The position numbers and the translations under genes are program-made. The notes below the pieces were generated by a model. That model worked only from the letters and a program-made list of their open reading frames with translations. It was not told the DNA's origin and ran no database searches. A DNA stretch of 62,661 bases, counting the filler, from Gonapodya sp. JEL0774 (lineage: Eukaryota), in the NCBI GenBank assembly GCA_027604505.1. It is 38 parts of 38 records of this genome, joined end to end, with 100 filler letters (N's around TTAATTAATTAA, not from the genome) between each part and the next. Parts side by side here need not be neighbours in the genome. Positions count along the whole stretch, not along the records: positions 49,621 to 51,165 come from JADIIX010002978.1; positions 51,266 to 52,809 come from JADIIX010002979.1; positions 52,910 to 54,453 come from JADIIX010002980.1; positions 54,554 to 56,096 come from JADIIX010002981.1; positions 56,197 to 57,738 come from JADIIX010002982.1; positions 57,839 to 59,380 come from JADIIX010002983.1; positions 59,481 to 61,021 come from JADIIX010002984.1; positions 61,122 to 62,661 come from JADIIX010002985.1; 30 more parts are not named here. One strand, written 5' to 3'. Shown one piece after another: positions 49,621-62,661 of the stretch (position 1 is its first letter; each line of letters begins with the position of its first letter).

Positions 49621-50656
49621 ACCCCAAGCAAGTGGCTCCAAATGAAGGCGTTGTAGAAGTTCCTTCGCACCCATGGCTGCGCCATCAGAATGATGATCGC
49701 CAAGAAGAGCATTGCTGGCCAACTCAAAAGGTAGCGGTACTTCTCTTTGCCCCAAGGGGTGTTGGCGGGAAGAGTGAAGAAGAGCTGGTAGAGGGGGACA
49801 GAATCGATAGACTTCCACATCATGGAAAGAAGGGTGTGGAGAACTGCCGCAAAGGCGAGCGTCCAGCCGAGCCATCGGTGCATGCGGATGGTCGTTGTGT
49901 ACGGCAGACGAAGGTAGTGAGCAATGACCGAGTTTTTGGACGTGGGAATGAGGAGGAAGCCGATGAGGATCGCGTTCATGTCACCTGTGTTACATATGGC
50001 AAGTGCAAAATTATGTTTGTTAATGATATCAGGCTGTTCGAAGTTTCACTTTCGGCGCTTACCGGAAATGTATACCAATGCTTCGTAGAAGAAGTTCACC
50101 CAGGGTTTGGTGTTTGCTGCAGTCTGCTTGTCAATCTTGGCTTGCTCGTTCGCCCAGTAGATGTTCTGAAGGAAAAAGTGATTCGGCCCAAGATCAGGGA
50201 CAGGACATTCAAATATCATGCTGCGATCACTCACCCAAACAGAACCCAAGAAAATGGGAAATACTAAGAGAAGCATTCCGACAAACCACGAGATTTCCGC
50301 GACAGTGACGGTGGAGCTCGCCAAAATGTTGCGTTCCAGAAGCTCCCTCAACCGTTCAACGCGCTGTCCGTGTTGCAAGCGAAACCAATTCGACAGTCGC
50401 TCTTCAAAAAGAACATACACACGTGACTCACCCTTGCCGCCAATGCCGTAATCGCAGTGAGCAAAAGGTAACCATAGAAGATGCCCGCCAGAACGCGAAT
50501 GGGGGTTCTATGGACAGCTTTTGTCTCTAAGCACTCGTCCGAAAAGCACCAAGATTTGTTCTCGTAGAGGACCATGATGAAGGCCAACGAAGTGGGGAAG
50601 ACGAGAACAGAGAGACCCCAAAGGGTCATGACGGCGAGGTTGTCTGTGATTGGCAT
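49621..50656 (-). CDS. Ferric reductase-like transmembrane protein (FRE/NOX family), N-terminal part
   Basis: LIPTSKNSVIAHYLRLPYTTTIRMHRWLGW...LH and WVRRNFYNAFIWSH include the heme-ligand His residues. Confidence 0.88.
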
Positions 50657-52909
50657 GGCGATGGCAGGCTCGGCGTTGGTTGTGAAGATTGGGTGAAGGA
50701 TTGGGTGAAAGCTCGAAGAAAAATGGGTCTTTCTGGATGTTTAGGAGTGAAATCGGGCGGGAAGGGTCGGTTTTATTCTCATCTCACAGGGGTTGGATTT
50801 TAGGGGTTCGCTCTGATCTCGGCGTTGTGGTGTCTGATTGGATGGTCGGAACACTGAACAAAAAGGGTCGAGTTTGGCTAAAGGTCTTCAGTCTGCTCGG
50901 TTTGAAATCAAGCATTCACACACTAAAAGAGGACAAAACCAACAATTTCCTTATCTTGACAGAGTCCGACCGACCGAGGCGGCGTTTCTTGGCTGGCCCC
51001 TCCCGCGAGTTCCGCTGTCCTTTTGTCTACTGCCGATCACAAGGGTGCAGGTCAAACTCTGATCCACAACTCAATTTTATTGGCCCGATAGGAGAAGCGC
51101 ACAGTGATACCGAGCGGCTTCCTTTTTGACAGGAGGCCCATTTCGCGGCCATCTTTACAGTTCTGNNNNNNNNNNNNNNNNNNNNNNNNNNNNNNNNNNN
51201 NNNNNNNNNTTAATTAATTAANNNNNNNNNNNNNNNNNNNNNNNNNNNNNNNNNNNNNNNNNNNNATGAGAGCTCTTAGCGAGACGGTGCGAGAAGAGAT
51301 GGATAAAGTGGAACTCGGGGCGTTGAGAAGAGCTGTGGGAACAGTCCCCAACAAGATTCGCGAACTGGCAAGGCAGTTACAGGAACAAACCGGAATCAAA
51401 ATCAGAGAAGAGAGTGTGAAGCTGACTCCCGCGTTTATGCGAAGGTTGCTGCGAAATGCAGCGAAGGAAGGTCAACCAGGTTTTCGGAAGGCCCGCAAGG
51501 AGAACCTTATGTTGGGTCCAGGATTGGTCTCACCATCAGCGCTTGTTCCTTCTGGGATTCCGGACATGGTGAAGGATGGTGCTTCTGTATCAGCTTCGTT
51601 GGCGCCATTGCACGGGAAGCACGGAGTTGGCGTAAACCTGCAAAAGGGACGAGAGAGGTCGTTTGGTGATGTGAGGAGAAACAAAACACTCTATTGATTC
51701 GGTTGCAGCGCGGAAGTTGACGGTGTTTGAGAATTTCTATGTATTGTCGGCTGATAAAACCGGTACGAATACCGTATATGTTTAGACCACCTGTGTACAT
51801 CCCGTGACCTGTTGAAGTAATATAGCAGGGCTTTTCTGTATTATGTCTTCATCGTGGGTTTCAATTCACGGACTTGCCTTGCCACGGCCACAACGCCGCA
51901 GGTATGTAAACCTAACAGATCAAGTCGCAGCGATTTAATCAAAACTCCCACACAAAGTACCACAATTCGTTGGTCATGGTCATACATATATTCGTACATT
52001 CCGAGCCCCCCGAAGCTTACATGGCACCATCGGCACGTGGGCGTACATTTCGCAAGTCAACACAATATTCGTATATCAATGGGCTCAACTTGTATCATGA
52101 ATCGAGTCCCAGAGTGATCCTCATTACGTAACAGATTCAGCATTGGTGAATTCGAATCATGCAAGGACGAAGTTCCAGTGCGGACACTAGTGCCCCTGAA
52201 TTTTGTCCACGCACTTTGTCAGAGCCAGCATGATATCAATTCCCCGTTCATCTCCCAGTGCTGAAGCTTCCATCAGATTCATTACATAGCTGCAGAATGT
52301 CAGGATTCGTGACGCCCCATAAGAACATCTCATTTACGTCATCATAGGATCGCAGGACTCACGATGAGGAGACTCGTTTCTTCACATCAAACTGGATGTG
52401 CGAGCCACCTAGGCCACTCCAGCCAGTCCATTCCCACCCTTCTCCTTTGTACTTGTCGTCGAGTACACGGTTGGTCATGACGACAAACTTGTGAAAGTAG
52501 TGGGCCAGAAGCGAAAGAGTTGACACTGATGAACAGCAGATCCGAGGAAAAATGCCGGTACTCACTCCAGACTGGTTGCGTGCCCAGCTTGTTCCGCCTC
52601 TTACCGTGCGGGTGGTCACCTGCAGCATCTCATCCTTCTCCAACGAGGCGCGTGGGTCAACCTCGACTGACTCAAGAAGCGTTGCTTCATCAATCACTTT
52701 GACATTGAAATGAATTGTTAGTGTAGTTTAGTAGAAACAACAGTATGTCGTATGACCTACAAGATAGACCATCGAGACTGCCACCCATCGAGCACTGGAT
52801 AGCATGAATNNNNNNNNNNNNNNNNNNNNNNNNNNNNNNNNNNNNNNNNNNNNTTAATTAATTAANNNNNNNNNNNNNNNNNNNNNNNNNNNNNNNNNNN
52901 NNNNNNNNN

Positions 52910-53415
52910 CCTCGCACCTGTTGCAATTTCACAACATCAAATGTTGGGTGCGCATACCAGAGCTTCACAACGGCTCGAAAAGTCTCAGCAAATGTTTTGT
53001 ACCCAGGCAGACCGCGGATCGTCAGTCGCGAATGAACCGGCTCGTTGAGGCGGATATTGGCGGAATAGATAGTCGTATCAGTAAGACCGTCGGTGAGAAA
53101 ATTATGCAAGTCGTCTCGAAGCACACGAATAGCTGTGCCAATATTGAGAAAGCGGTCTGACGATGAAGGCGAGGGGTTTGAGGACTGTTCCGTTGGTTGG
53201 TTTGATGAGAATGAAGAGTTCAAGAAAGTCCGAGCAGATCGACGGGATTGCGTTGCTGTGCTCTGCGCCGGTACCTTTGAAGAGGTAACCGTCTGCGCCG
53301 GGTGTTTGACCAAGTTTTTGCAGGTGCTGTGTGGACCAGCAGTCGAGCTTTCAGTAACTCTGGCGACAGGAGGTTGCAGAACGTTCGGTCTGTTGATACG
53401 TTGTGTCTGGTGCAT
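52910..53415 (-). CDS. DUF2358/C6orf136-like (SnoaL-fold) protein, N-terminal part
   Basis: NIGTAIRVLRDDLHNFL...IYSANIRLNEP....IRGLPGY. Confidence 0.6.
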
Positions 53416-54061
53416 ATCAACACCCCAAGGGAGAAAGCAGGTGTGTTCTAGGGTGTGGTGTGACAGGGCCAACACTCGCATTTCATGGGGCGCCGGGTAG
53501 GATGTTTGCGAAAAGATCTTCCGTCGAAGACATCGGACAAGTGCTTCACTGTTTAAAGAAGGCGTTCCCATTCCCTTGCGTCCCTGGTACGCCTGCAGAG
53601 GTTGCAAGACAACCCACTCCCCTTCTCCAATTAATCTCTGTCTGCCGCACTCCGGTAATCCAGATCCAGCGGATCTCACATGTACATCAAAGGAAGAAAA
53701 TCTGTCTATCGAGTGAAACTTTGATGATGAGCCCATGGATGAGCCAATGGCTCGTGAAAACGTTACTTTCGGGGTTCCCGAACCGAGAAGGCGAGCACAC
53801 CTCGGCGTCGTACAAGCTCCGATGAAGGACATCATTCCATTCTGAAGTTCCGCGATGGTTTCCAAGAGACTAAATCGAAGATTCAGAATGCCCGCTGCTG
53901 AGTACACTCTGCGGGACACGTCACAGAAATATGCATAAGTACATTTAGGCAATAAAGGGGGTTATTATTTCTCTCCTACACAATGCTGAGTAGACTATCA
54001 CAAAACACTACGCTAAGAATAGAAACAGTCTGCCTTCCCAACCCGGACGAGATCTAGGCGT

Positions 54062-54453
54062 TTACTAAAAACGAAGGAGATGAACGATGTTCGGCAATGC
54101 GGTCGCAGCGAGACGTAGCAGTACTCACGTAAACCCTCTTTACTGGAGGCACAGTCTCGCATTCCGATGCGTCAAGAGTAGCCATGGTGACCTCACGGTA
54201 ACCGATCTTGGTCTTGTACGTGTTTTCATCTCTCCACGATAGTGTGTGTTTCATCCAGTTGGCGTCACTGAACGCGGATATTTTGAGACAAAATGGTTTG
54301 TAACCTCACTGGCATATATCGTTAGGAAACTCACTCTCGGTCCTTGAAGTCTTCCCGTGCGTGAGCACCACGAGACTCCTTCCGGGCCTCGGCAGAGTGA
54401 AGAGTCTGTGCGGCGTTGGTCAACAGGTTCTGAAGCTCAAGTGTCTCAACGAG
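54062..54453 (-). CDS. SDH1: Succinate dehydrogenase flavoprotein subunit, C-terminal exons
   Basis: [51 protein letters not shown]...VPPVKRVY. Confidence 0.95.
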
Positions 54454-54553
54454 NNNNNNNNNNNNNNNNNNNNNNNNNNNNNNNNNNNNNNNNNNNNTTA
54501 ATTAATTAANNNNNNNNNNNNNNNNNNNNNNNNNNNNNNNNNNNNNNNNNNNN

Positions 54554-55065
54554 CCGGATCGACAAATCAGATCACTGCGTCCGAAATCACAGAAAGTTCC
54601 ATAGGTAGCATTGTTTCTGGGGCAAACCAGACCAAGTCTAATCGGTAAGCAGGTGGCAAGGAACAGAGTAACGGAGTGAACTCACATATGCATGTTTCCC
54701 TTCCACAAAGAGAGTTCAAAGATTATAAAGAGTTGAGTTGAGAAATGCCATCAGACGATGGAATCACTCATACTTACATCGCAATCGCCAGGAGACGCTC
54801 GGAACCTCAACACCCCTTGAGCGAAGAAATCTCGCGCGATCGCCTCTCCTCTTTCTTCCAGAGACATCTTCTGATACTCAATATGCCGCATTCGTCTCCA
54901 TAGAGTGGCGCTGACGACAACCCTCGCGGTTGTGACGTGCCAAGCGAGTGGGAGATTCCGATACCCGGCAGCCAGGAGGAGAATCGCGATGGCTTTCAGA
55001 GCGTCGATTGGGGTGCGAGGGAGCAGGGCGGAAATGTGCGAAACTAATGGAGTTGGTTCGGCCAT
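54554..55065 (-). CDS. Hot-dog-fold thioesterase-like protein, N-terminal exons
   Basis: YRNLPLAWHV...FRASPGDCD, micro-exon with HM, then NNATYGTFCDF (DCD..HMNN motif). Confidence 0.6.
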
Positions 55066-56196
55066 CTGCGATGGATGGAATTGTTGTGGCAGGTAATTGT
55101 GCTTTGATCGCCCACAATCGTGGTATATATGTACATATTTTAGTGACTCCGGCAGACAGAAGAACTCAACGCGCAGACACTTTTGAGGTGTTTGACAATC
55201 CTTAGATAAATGCGATTGTAGCGGCGGAGAGTTGTCCCGCACCCTATGCGGGTCTACCAGCACATAAAGTCAATCCTTGCAATGTCTATTCTATTCGCGT
55301 GCGAATGTCCATCTATACTGTATTATCAGGCTGCCCGTCACGTCCATTTGGCACTAGTTCTTCGGTAATAAAATCACAAGCGCGAGGAAAGCACGAACGA
55401 AGTCGCCGACTTTGGATTCTTGTTCATTGTCGATGTGCCGCTGTACTCTAGGAAGTCTCTACAACATGTTGAGAACTCCTGTGGAAAGCAGATAGACACG
55501 GATAATGAACTATGTGCACGAGCAGGCCTTATTGAGAAAAGCAGAGCCCAATCCACACGCACTCGATTGCATTGGTTCTCCTCAACTCCCATCTCTCTGA
55601 ATACAAGCATCGGTGGAACGGTCTTTGCTCCTTGCTTGACTACCATCTTGGCGTGCCTGCAATCAGGACAACGCATTTTTTGAAATATGGGGAGACCTGG
55701 GAACTCAAAGACTTGAATCTCACCCAATGGTATAGAGGACAGACCCAGAGGGATCTTCAAACCGTGATTCTATCACGATCCATTTGTCATTCCAGGCGGC
55801 CCATCTATGCCAAAGTTACAGTTGGGCGTCAGCCGCAATGTCACAACAACCACTCTAAACGGTGAAGGGTGTTCAAGGTGCAACGAACCTGCTCTTTACG
55901 ACAAATGGCTGCCCTAGAGGTATCTCTTTAATGAACGAATACTCGCATCCTCCAAGTATCTTGCGACGTCCCTTTGATTTCGCCTCGGCGTTGAAGTAAC
56001 CAATGCCCGAGCGACAGAGGAGATCATCCCGGCCAAAATTGGCGAATATTCCATATGTGGCGTTGTTTCTTGAATAGATGAATGTAGCTGGAGAATNNNN
56101 NNNNNNNNNNNNNNNNNNNNNNNNNNNNNNNNNNNNNNNNTTAATTAATTAANNNNNNNNNNNNNNNNNNNNNNNNNNNNNNNNNNNNNNNNNNNN

Positions 56197-57311
56197 GCCT
56201 TGCTCGTCTCGACCATCGTTTTGGGGTTCTTGACGGACACGCGGTCAAACGTCTGCTTGTCGTAATAGAAGACTGTGCCATATGCCCCTCTACGACAGGA
56301 CCACGAAGATAAATATCAAAGACAATCGATCTTGAACATGTTAATACACGGACACAAGCTTACTCGTCTTCCACGCTACCAACTGAGTCACCAGGCAAAA
56401 CCTTGCCGGCCGGGTCATATACAATTTTGTTGAGTCGTGGGAAGTCATATTCGTCGCGAATCTTCCATTCAGCGCCGACTTTGACCGATGCATCGCGCAG
56501 AAGTTGAGGCTACGGCATTTGATATCTCGATGTGTACCTCGGTTGTTGATGTCGCTTGCGGCCAGCACTGACCTTGAAATCCCAGTTTCGCTTTCCACCA
56601 CTGCGAGCACCGAATCCACCACGCTGGCCTACACGACCCACATTTCCTCCTCGCGTGCTTCCTTGACCACGGCCCTGAAGATGGCAGATAAGTTATGCTC
56701 ACTCGCAATCGACATAAGCTCAACGTGACATACGCGACCGCCTCCACCTCCCCTTCCACCAACACGTGTTTTTGTGATAGCTCCAGTAACGAGAGAGAAG
56801 GAAGCATCGTCCTCGGTAGAGTGAATATACGAGAACTGAGAGTTAAGACCAGCGCCGAACGGTTCTACAGTACAATCGACGACGTATTCAGTCAGCAGTC
56901 GAGCAAGCGAGGATACAATGCCGCTGTTCAACGATGTGAGCGGAACGTGGAGCTTGGAACCTCGGAGTTTTATGCACCACCCGGGCGACATATGTGACTT
57001 GAGGAGTAGACCAGTCTAATCAACTCACCGTTTCCAAACCTCCCAGGTCTCGGCCCTCTCCTCTCCGGTCTCTCGAATCCTGCAGTTGTACCGTCCTCTC
57101 GGCCCGCCCCCTCAACACCCCACCGTTCACTCCGTTCGCCCGTGCCGGCTCTATCGCCGCCCCAGCCCGCATCCCTCTCTCTCCGGAAATTATCTGGTTG
57201 AACGAAATCTGCTACACGACCAAGTCGATCACTCTTGGAGAAGGGGAGATACGGAATTTCCCCTATCTCCTGAGCCGCATCTGGAGCCGGACCCCAGCCC
57301 GCTGGATTCAC
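56197..57311 (-). CDS. eIF3d: Translation initiation factor eIF3 subunit D, partial
   Basis: NPAGWGP, IPYLPFSKSDRLGRVADF, FSYIHSTEDDASFSLV, YYDKQTFDRVSVKN. Confidence 0.88.
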
Positions 57312-59480
57312 TGAGACTGTATTCCAAGATTTCCATTGTGATCGAAAGAGAGTTTCATTGAAACGCGCGAAATGTCGGGAGAAGAATGTTCAGGACAAGA
57401 GGTAGATGTCATTGGTCCTCGTTAGTCATGGAAATCTTCTCCTGTAAACCGTTCCATCACTGACTTTTGGGCAATACAAAAGCACGAGGTGTTTCTGTTG
57501 ATACAGGAGACATAACGTGGTTTGACGCTATGTTATACCTGCGACAGAACAAAAGTGCCAACGGTCTTGTGTCTGCGGCCCGATACAGCACAATCCACTT
57601 CAGGGCAAAAGGAAAACAATTGTTGTATATACAGTGTCAGTGAGATGACTAGACTATGAGTTTGGTCTCTTCCCCTTCTCTGCTCCGCACGCCCCGCACT
57701 GTAGGTGGAGCGCTTCGTTTTCAAGCGTGCAAATCTCANNNNNNNNNNNNNNNNNNNNNNNNNNNNNNNNNNNNNNNNNNNNTTAATTAATTAANNNNNN
57801 NNNNNNNNNNNNNNNNNNNNNNNNNNNNNNNNNNNNNNTCACTTCATACAAAAATCGAACTTCACTTGCAGCAGCACGTGTGAGGTCCCAAACCCCATTC
57901 GCTTTTTGGGAGTGTGTATATCTTTCGGCAGATTTGAGAGCTATTGTACTCCGATAAACCGAAGAGTGTATCCTCCTCGTGATCACAACCTGATCCGCCA
58001 AGGCCGTCAGTGATGGAAAGACTATGTTCCTCACCGTGTTGTAAGCTGACTCCAAATTGTACGACATTTACTTCAAGTAGGCTTCAGGTAGTGAGTGCCA
58101 ATCGATTATGTATTCTCAGCCCGCAAAGGAAAGAGGAATATGGTATGCGATTGGTCACGATATTTTAATTCCTGACTGACGCAAGTGGGCTCCGTTAGTG
58201 AACTCCCAATCACGGATTTGACAAATTGCAGGAAGTTTGAATGTCAGATTGCCACTTGCCAAGAGGGAGGCTCTGAGTAACATGATTACGGACGCACAGC
58301 CGGCATATGGGGAAGCGGGAAAACAATTGAGATTGTTCGTCACATGAAGATGATATAACGCCATATATTTTCCGTTGAACATTCCCTCATATTCATAATC
58401 CGGAAGGGCCATTCCGATGACCGACTTTAGTGAGGCCCAGCCGACGTGTGAATTTGATAAGATATGAATAGATGAATAGATGTTCGGGGAGGCACCGGCT
58501 ACATTGATTTAGAATATATCGAGTGTGCAAGTACTGTAGGTATAATGTACAAATGGAAATTGAGGGAAACCCAAAAGTTAGTTGAGGGGTCTGTAATTGT
58601 GACCAGCGACCATCTGAAGTGCCAGCTATGTCCACAGGCTCTGCTCACCATCAGACGTTTAGACACGACCAGAGCAGTCATAAAGTAGGTGAAAAGAAGC
58701 CATCCATCTAGAATCCATGCGTGTTTGTCCGGGTCTGGTGTGCAGGTGATCATTGAGCGACAAGTCTGTGTCTGCGAATGACGGCCAGAACGTCTCCCAA
58801 CAGCAAGATCCTGTCGTATGTACCATCTCTCGCAAGATAAAACGCACACGTTACGCTGAAAGGATTGATCGGGCGTGAATCGATATCCCTGCGCAGTAGA
58901 ATCAACCTGTTGTGAACCTCCCTTATGTCGCGTCCACAATGTTACTCACGCTTCATCTATTCTTGGCATTAAGTCCACAACTTGAACGGGAAGTAGAATG
59001 TTTTGTTTTAGAAAGGTCCAGCTTCTCCGATCGGATTGGGGGAGGGGAATGCAGTCACCGATGTGACAAAGGCGGGCTGACGAGGCTGTGTCGTCGTCAC
59101 GCTCAAAAGCTAGGACTCGAATAAGAAAAGGTATGCTCCAGAGTCTGGGATAAACTGTTGGAAGTCGTGGTAAGCTCATCAAGTAATGATAATATGCACT
59201 GTCATCGAAAAGTTCGTGGATTAGACCTGCGACGAGTCCGTCATTCCCGGTCACGCAAAAGACTCGTACCTGATATTCTCTCCTGGAATAGTACACCTTA
59301 CAACCTGAGAATTCGAATCGGCCAGTGGGATCAGGAGTGAGCGAGGAGTACTGATTGCCGAGGCACCGCAAGATTTCTTTNNNNNNNNNNNNNNNNNNNN
59401 NNNNNNNNNNNNNNNNNNNNNNNNTTAATTAATTAANNNNNNNNNNNNNNNNNNNNNNNNNNNNNNNNNNNNNNNNNNNN

Positions 59481-60831
59481 GAAGGATGGAAGGATGGGCT
59501 GCCTCTGGTAAGACTTCTCCTGTGGAAGGCAGTTCACAAGAGTGTCTGTAGCTGAACATGTATTCGGTTCCTTGCTTCATGGTCAACAAGGACACCGTTC
59601 GAGAACTCCGCGCTCTCCGCGAACTGCATCACCCGAATATCATTCAACTCTACGATGTGTTCTCGGAGAAGCGGAGTCTCTGTTTCGTATTGGAATACCT
59701 ACCGACAGATCTCGAGCAGCTCATCAGATCGAAAGTTATATTTCACAGTCAGGATATCAAGTCATGGATGCTCATGCTCCTGAGGGGCTTGTATCATTTG
59801 CATCGATGCCACATCATCCATCGGGTGTGTTTGTATTCTTGCCCTTGCATTGTTATGTTCAGGCCGTAAACACGACCACAAACCGGCACTAGGACTTGAA
59901 ACCTGGCAACTTGCTTCTATCACCCCACGGAGAACTAAAAATCGCAGACTTTGGTCTTGCGCGAGAACTAGGCGAGCCCTTGGTGGATCCGGCAAAGAGA
60001 CCGATGACTCCGGAAGTTGTCACACTGTGAGGTCCAACCTGCCGCAGGACAGACGGTCAACGATCCCACTGACAGCACTTTATCTCAAACCAAAACAGCT
60101 GGTATCGTGCGCCCGAGCTCCTCATGGGTGCACGAGAATATGGGACTGCCATTGACATTTGGGCGGTTGGATGCATCTTTGCTGAGCTGTTTATTCGCCA
60201 CCCCTTCATCGCCAGCGAAACTTACTCCAGTCTAGGGCAGCTAACACGAATATTTACGGTGCTTGGTGCCCCGAAACAACATGAATGGCCGGGTGTGACA
60301 TCCCTTCCGGGTTTCAGCGCAATCGGACGAGTAAGCGCAGGGTACCTTGTATATATTTTTTTGGTTTTATTTGTTGATGTTCCTGTCGAGTAGATACCGT
60401 CACCAATGCCACTTCGTGAAATCTTCAAATCTGCCTCTTCGGAAGCCTTGGATCTTCTGTCGAAGATGCTGCTATACGATCCTCTGAAGCGCATTTCGGC
60501 CAAAGAGGTAAGTCGCTCCATCCTTGGCGTTTTCTACTGAGCCCAATGTCCTCTTGTTCGCGCGTGCAGGCTCTTGAGCACCCCTTCTTCTTGACCGAGC
60601 CTCGGCCTACCCCTCCCGCCATGCTTCCGAAACTGCCTGGCTCCCAAGCGGACACCCCAGGTAAAAAGCGGAAGGCATCTGATGATGGTGAGAATCTAGT
60701 GTTGTGTTACCGTTTCGAATGTCCTTACCCGAAGTTGATATATCGTCATGTTTTGATGATTGTCACAAGATCATCGGGAGGAAATGCAAGCGGCCGCTTC
60801 CCAGAAACTCTCTCGGAGACTTTTTGCTTAG
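59481..60831 (+). CDS. Cyclin-dependent kinase, CDK7/Kin28-like, spliced, 5' truncated
   Basis: [80 protein letters not shown]. Confidence 0.85.
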
Positions 60832-61879
60832 TAGATCTTAGTTTACCGGCATACTGTACATACTTGATTGACTCAGATAAAAGCTACACGATCAATTCGC
60901 CATTCGCAGCATGAACAGTGACTGACCCATCTGATACTTCGCCATCTCCACTGAACTAATCATTCGTCCACCATGCCCAACGAGCGTCTCGTGGACTTGG
61001 AAAAATATCCATCCGAACCTGNNNNNNNNNNNNNNNNNNNNNNNNNNNNNNNNNNNNNNNNNNNNTTAATTAATTAANNNNNNNNNNNNNNNNNNNNNNN
61101 NNNNNNNNNNNNNNNNNNNNNTCCAGGGATTAGCCTAAATAATAAGGACCAACACGTCACTCAGCTCAAAACCAACTGCCTGTCAGATTTCCCACTCAAT
61201 GAAGAGCAGTCGATAGCAATATTCAAGTGTTCCTCATCCTGGGATTCGTCCTTGTGCCGAACGAGAGCCAATGTCCACGAGCCTCCCTCATCTTCTATGC
61301 ACGAGCGAGTTGAACCCGCAAGGATTGGAACTTGCCTCGACTTCGGAATATGGCACGAATCCGCTGGCAGATGAAAAAGATGGCCGTAACTACGTTGGAA
61401 TCGCGGTCGCTGGCGTCACCAAGGTGAGCTGGATGGTCAAAATATGCCTGAAGAAAGTCTGAGGCACAAAGGTGACTTCTCAAACAGACAGTTGCAGCGA
61501 AATCAATGGGACTGGTGAAAGGAAGCCTGGCGATGGGAAAGGGAACTCTCAAAGTAAGTTGGCATGCTGTCAACTGGTTTGATCATCATGTGTTGTTTCA
61601 CCCAACGTGATTCTCGCTTCCATTATTAGTGGTGGTTCCGTTATCCGATCAAATTATTCCGTCCTGCGAAAGTTGATCCGTGAGTTTCTATTCACTGACT
61701 TTGCACTCTGGGAAAGGGCTCATTCCCCCGTGTCTGGTCCAATGAAAGGTGGATGGTGGTACATAGTATCGCAGCGGAACAGGTTACATCAAACGGGGGA
61801 TCCCTTGGAAAGCGGTCCCAAATCGGGGTTTTGAAAAGCGTAGTTGCCGCGGAAGGTGTAAGTAGTACTTTGCATTGTC

Positions 61880-62661
61880 ATGCTGTCAAGTGCCCGCCAT
61901 CCGCTGATCAACATCTACATCAATCTCAAGTGGACTGTGGTGCCCAACCATGTTCTCCCGCTTCTCATCGCAAACGCATGTGCCGGAATCATTCTCTTTA
62001 ACTCTTATGATCTGTTGACCCACTCCATGACGCGCTTCAACAAAATATACGGCGCCTTTGTTACGCCTGCCGAATCAAGTCCACACACATACACGTCAGA
62101 AGGCATCCATCCGCCAGTGCACGTCTCCCCATTTGCCATCGATGTAGATGTGAACTACGATTTCTTCCCGACGTCGTCTTACCTGGAATCCTCGTCGCCC
62201 CCGATTCGCCCAACTGCCATTCCGTACCTGGCGGGTCTCTTTGCTGGTGCAGTTCAGGCGGTAGCTACTGCTCCTTTGGAAAACATCCATCGATGGTTGG
62301 ATCCCGAATCGTTGGTGAAGGACAGAAAAACGAAAAGTGTGGTAGCTCATGTCAAGGACGCTGTTATGGGTAGACGTCAGCAGGAGAATGTTCAAAAAGG
62401 ATGGAGCTGGCTGGTATGCAGACATTTAAAGTTCAGCCTATGTGCAGAGGATTGCGTTTGTTTCTAAGTATCACATGTTTGTATAGTGGCGAGGAGGGTC
62501 GTTCGTTGCTTTCAAAGACGGACTTGGTTTCTGCTGTGAGTAGCATGAGCTTCCTCAACACTTCAATTCCTTCACCTTGCACTTACCTTACACAGTATTC
62601 TTCGGAACTTTTGAGCTCATCAAAAATTTGCGGCCGGTGTCCCATTTCCTGGACGGCGTTG
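61880..62661 (+). CDS. Mitochondrial carrier-like membrane protein, partial
   Basis: VLPLLIANACAGIILFNSY and YLAGLFAGAVQAVATAPLENI (PxD/E carrier-type motif). Confidence 0.55.

Overview
This is not a contiguous locus. It is 38 short contigs (about 1561 down to 1540 bp, sorted by decreasing length) joined by 37 artificial 100-bp linkers (N44-TTAATTAATTAA-N44), so adjacency across linkers carries no biological meaning. Most contigs are fragments of an intron-rich fungal genome. Chitin synthase, DAHP synthase, a CBM18 protein and an Sfi1/CCDC191-like repeat protein fit an early-diverging, probably zoosporic, fungus; that placement is inference. Recognisable host genes are SMC5, TRF4, eIF3d, SDH1, a CDK7-like kinase, TRAPPC8, a C9orf78/Tls1-like protein, ferric reductase, an MFS transporter, nitronate monooxygenase and five to six F-box genes. 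Three contigs look like giant-virus (Nucleocytoviricota) DNA. The first carries a Zn-finger plus D5/SF3 primase-helicase interrupted by a 63-nt spliceosomal intron. The second carries an intronless type I DnaJ head-to-head (64 bp apart) with an ORF bearing an NCLDV-like HxNMxPF motif. The third carries a stand-alone viral-type SWIB gene followed by about 13 tandem copies of a palindrome-containing 50-62 bp repeat. Other oddities are a plant-like GT47 exostosin next to chitin synthase, two strongly CpG-depleted segments (one a Copia relic) and a possible CACTG-ended transposon terminus. All calls are from motif recognition by eye; no searches were run.
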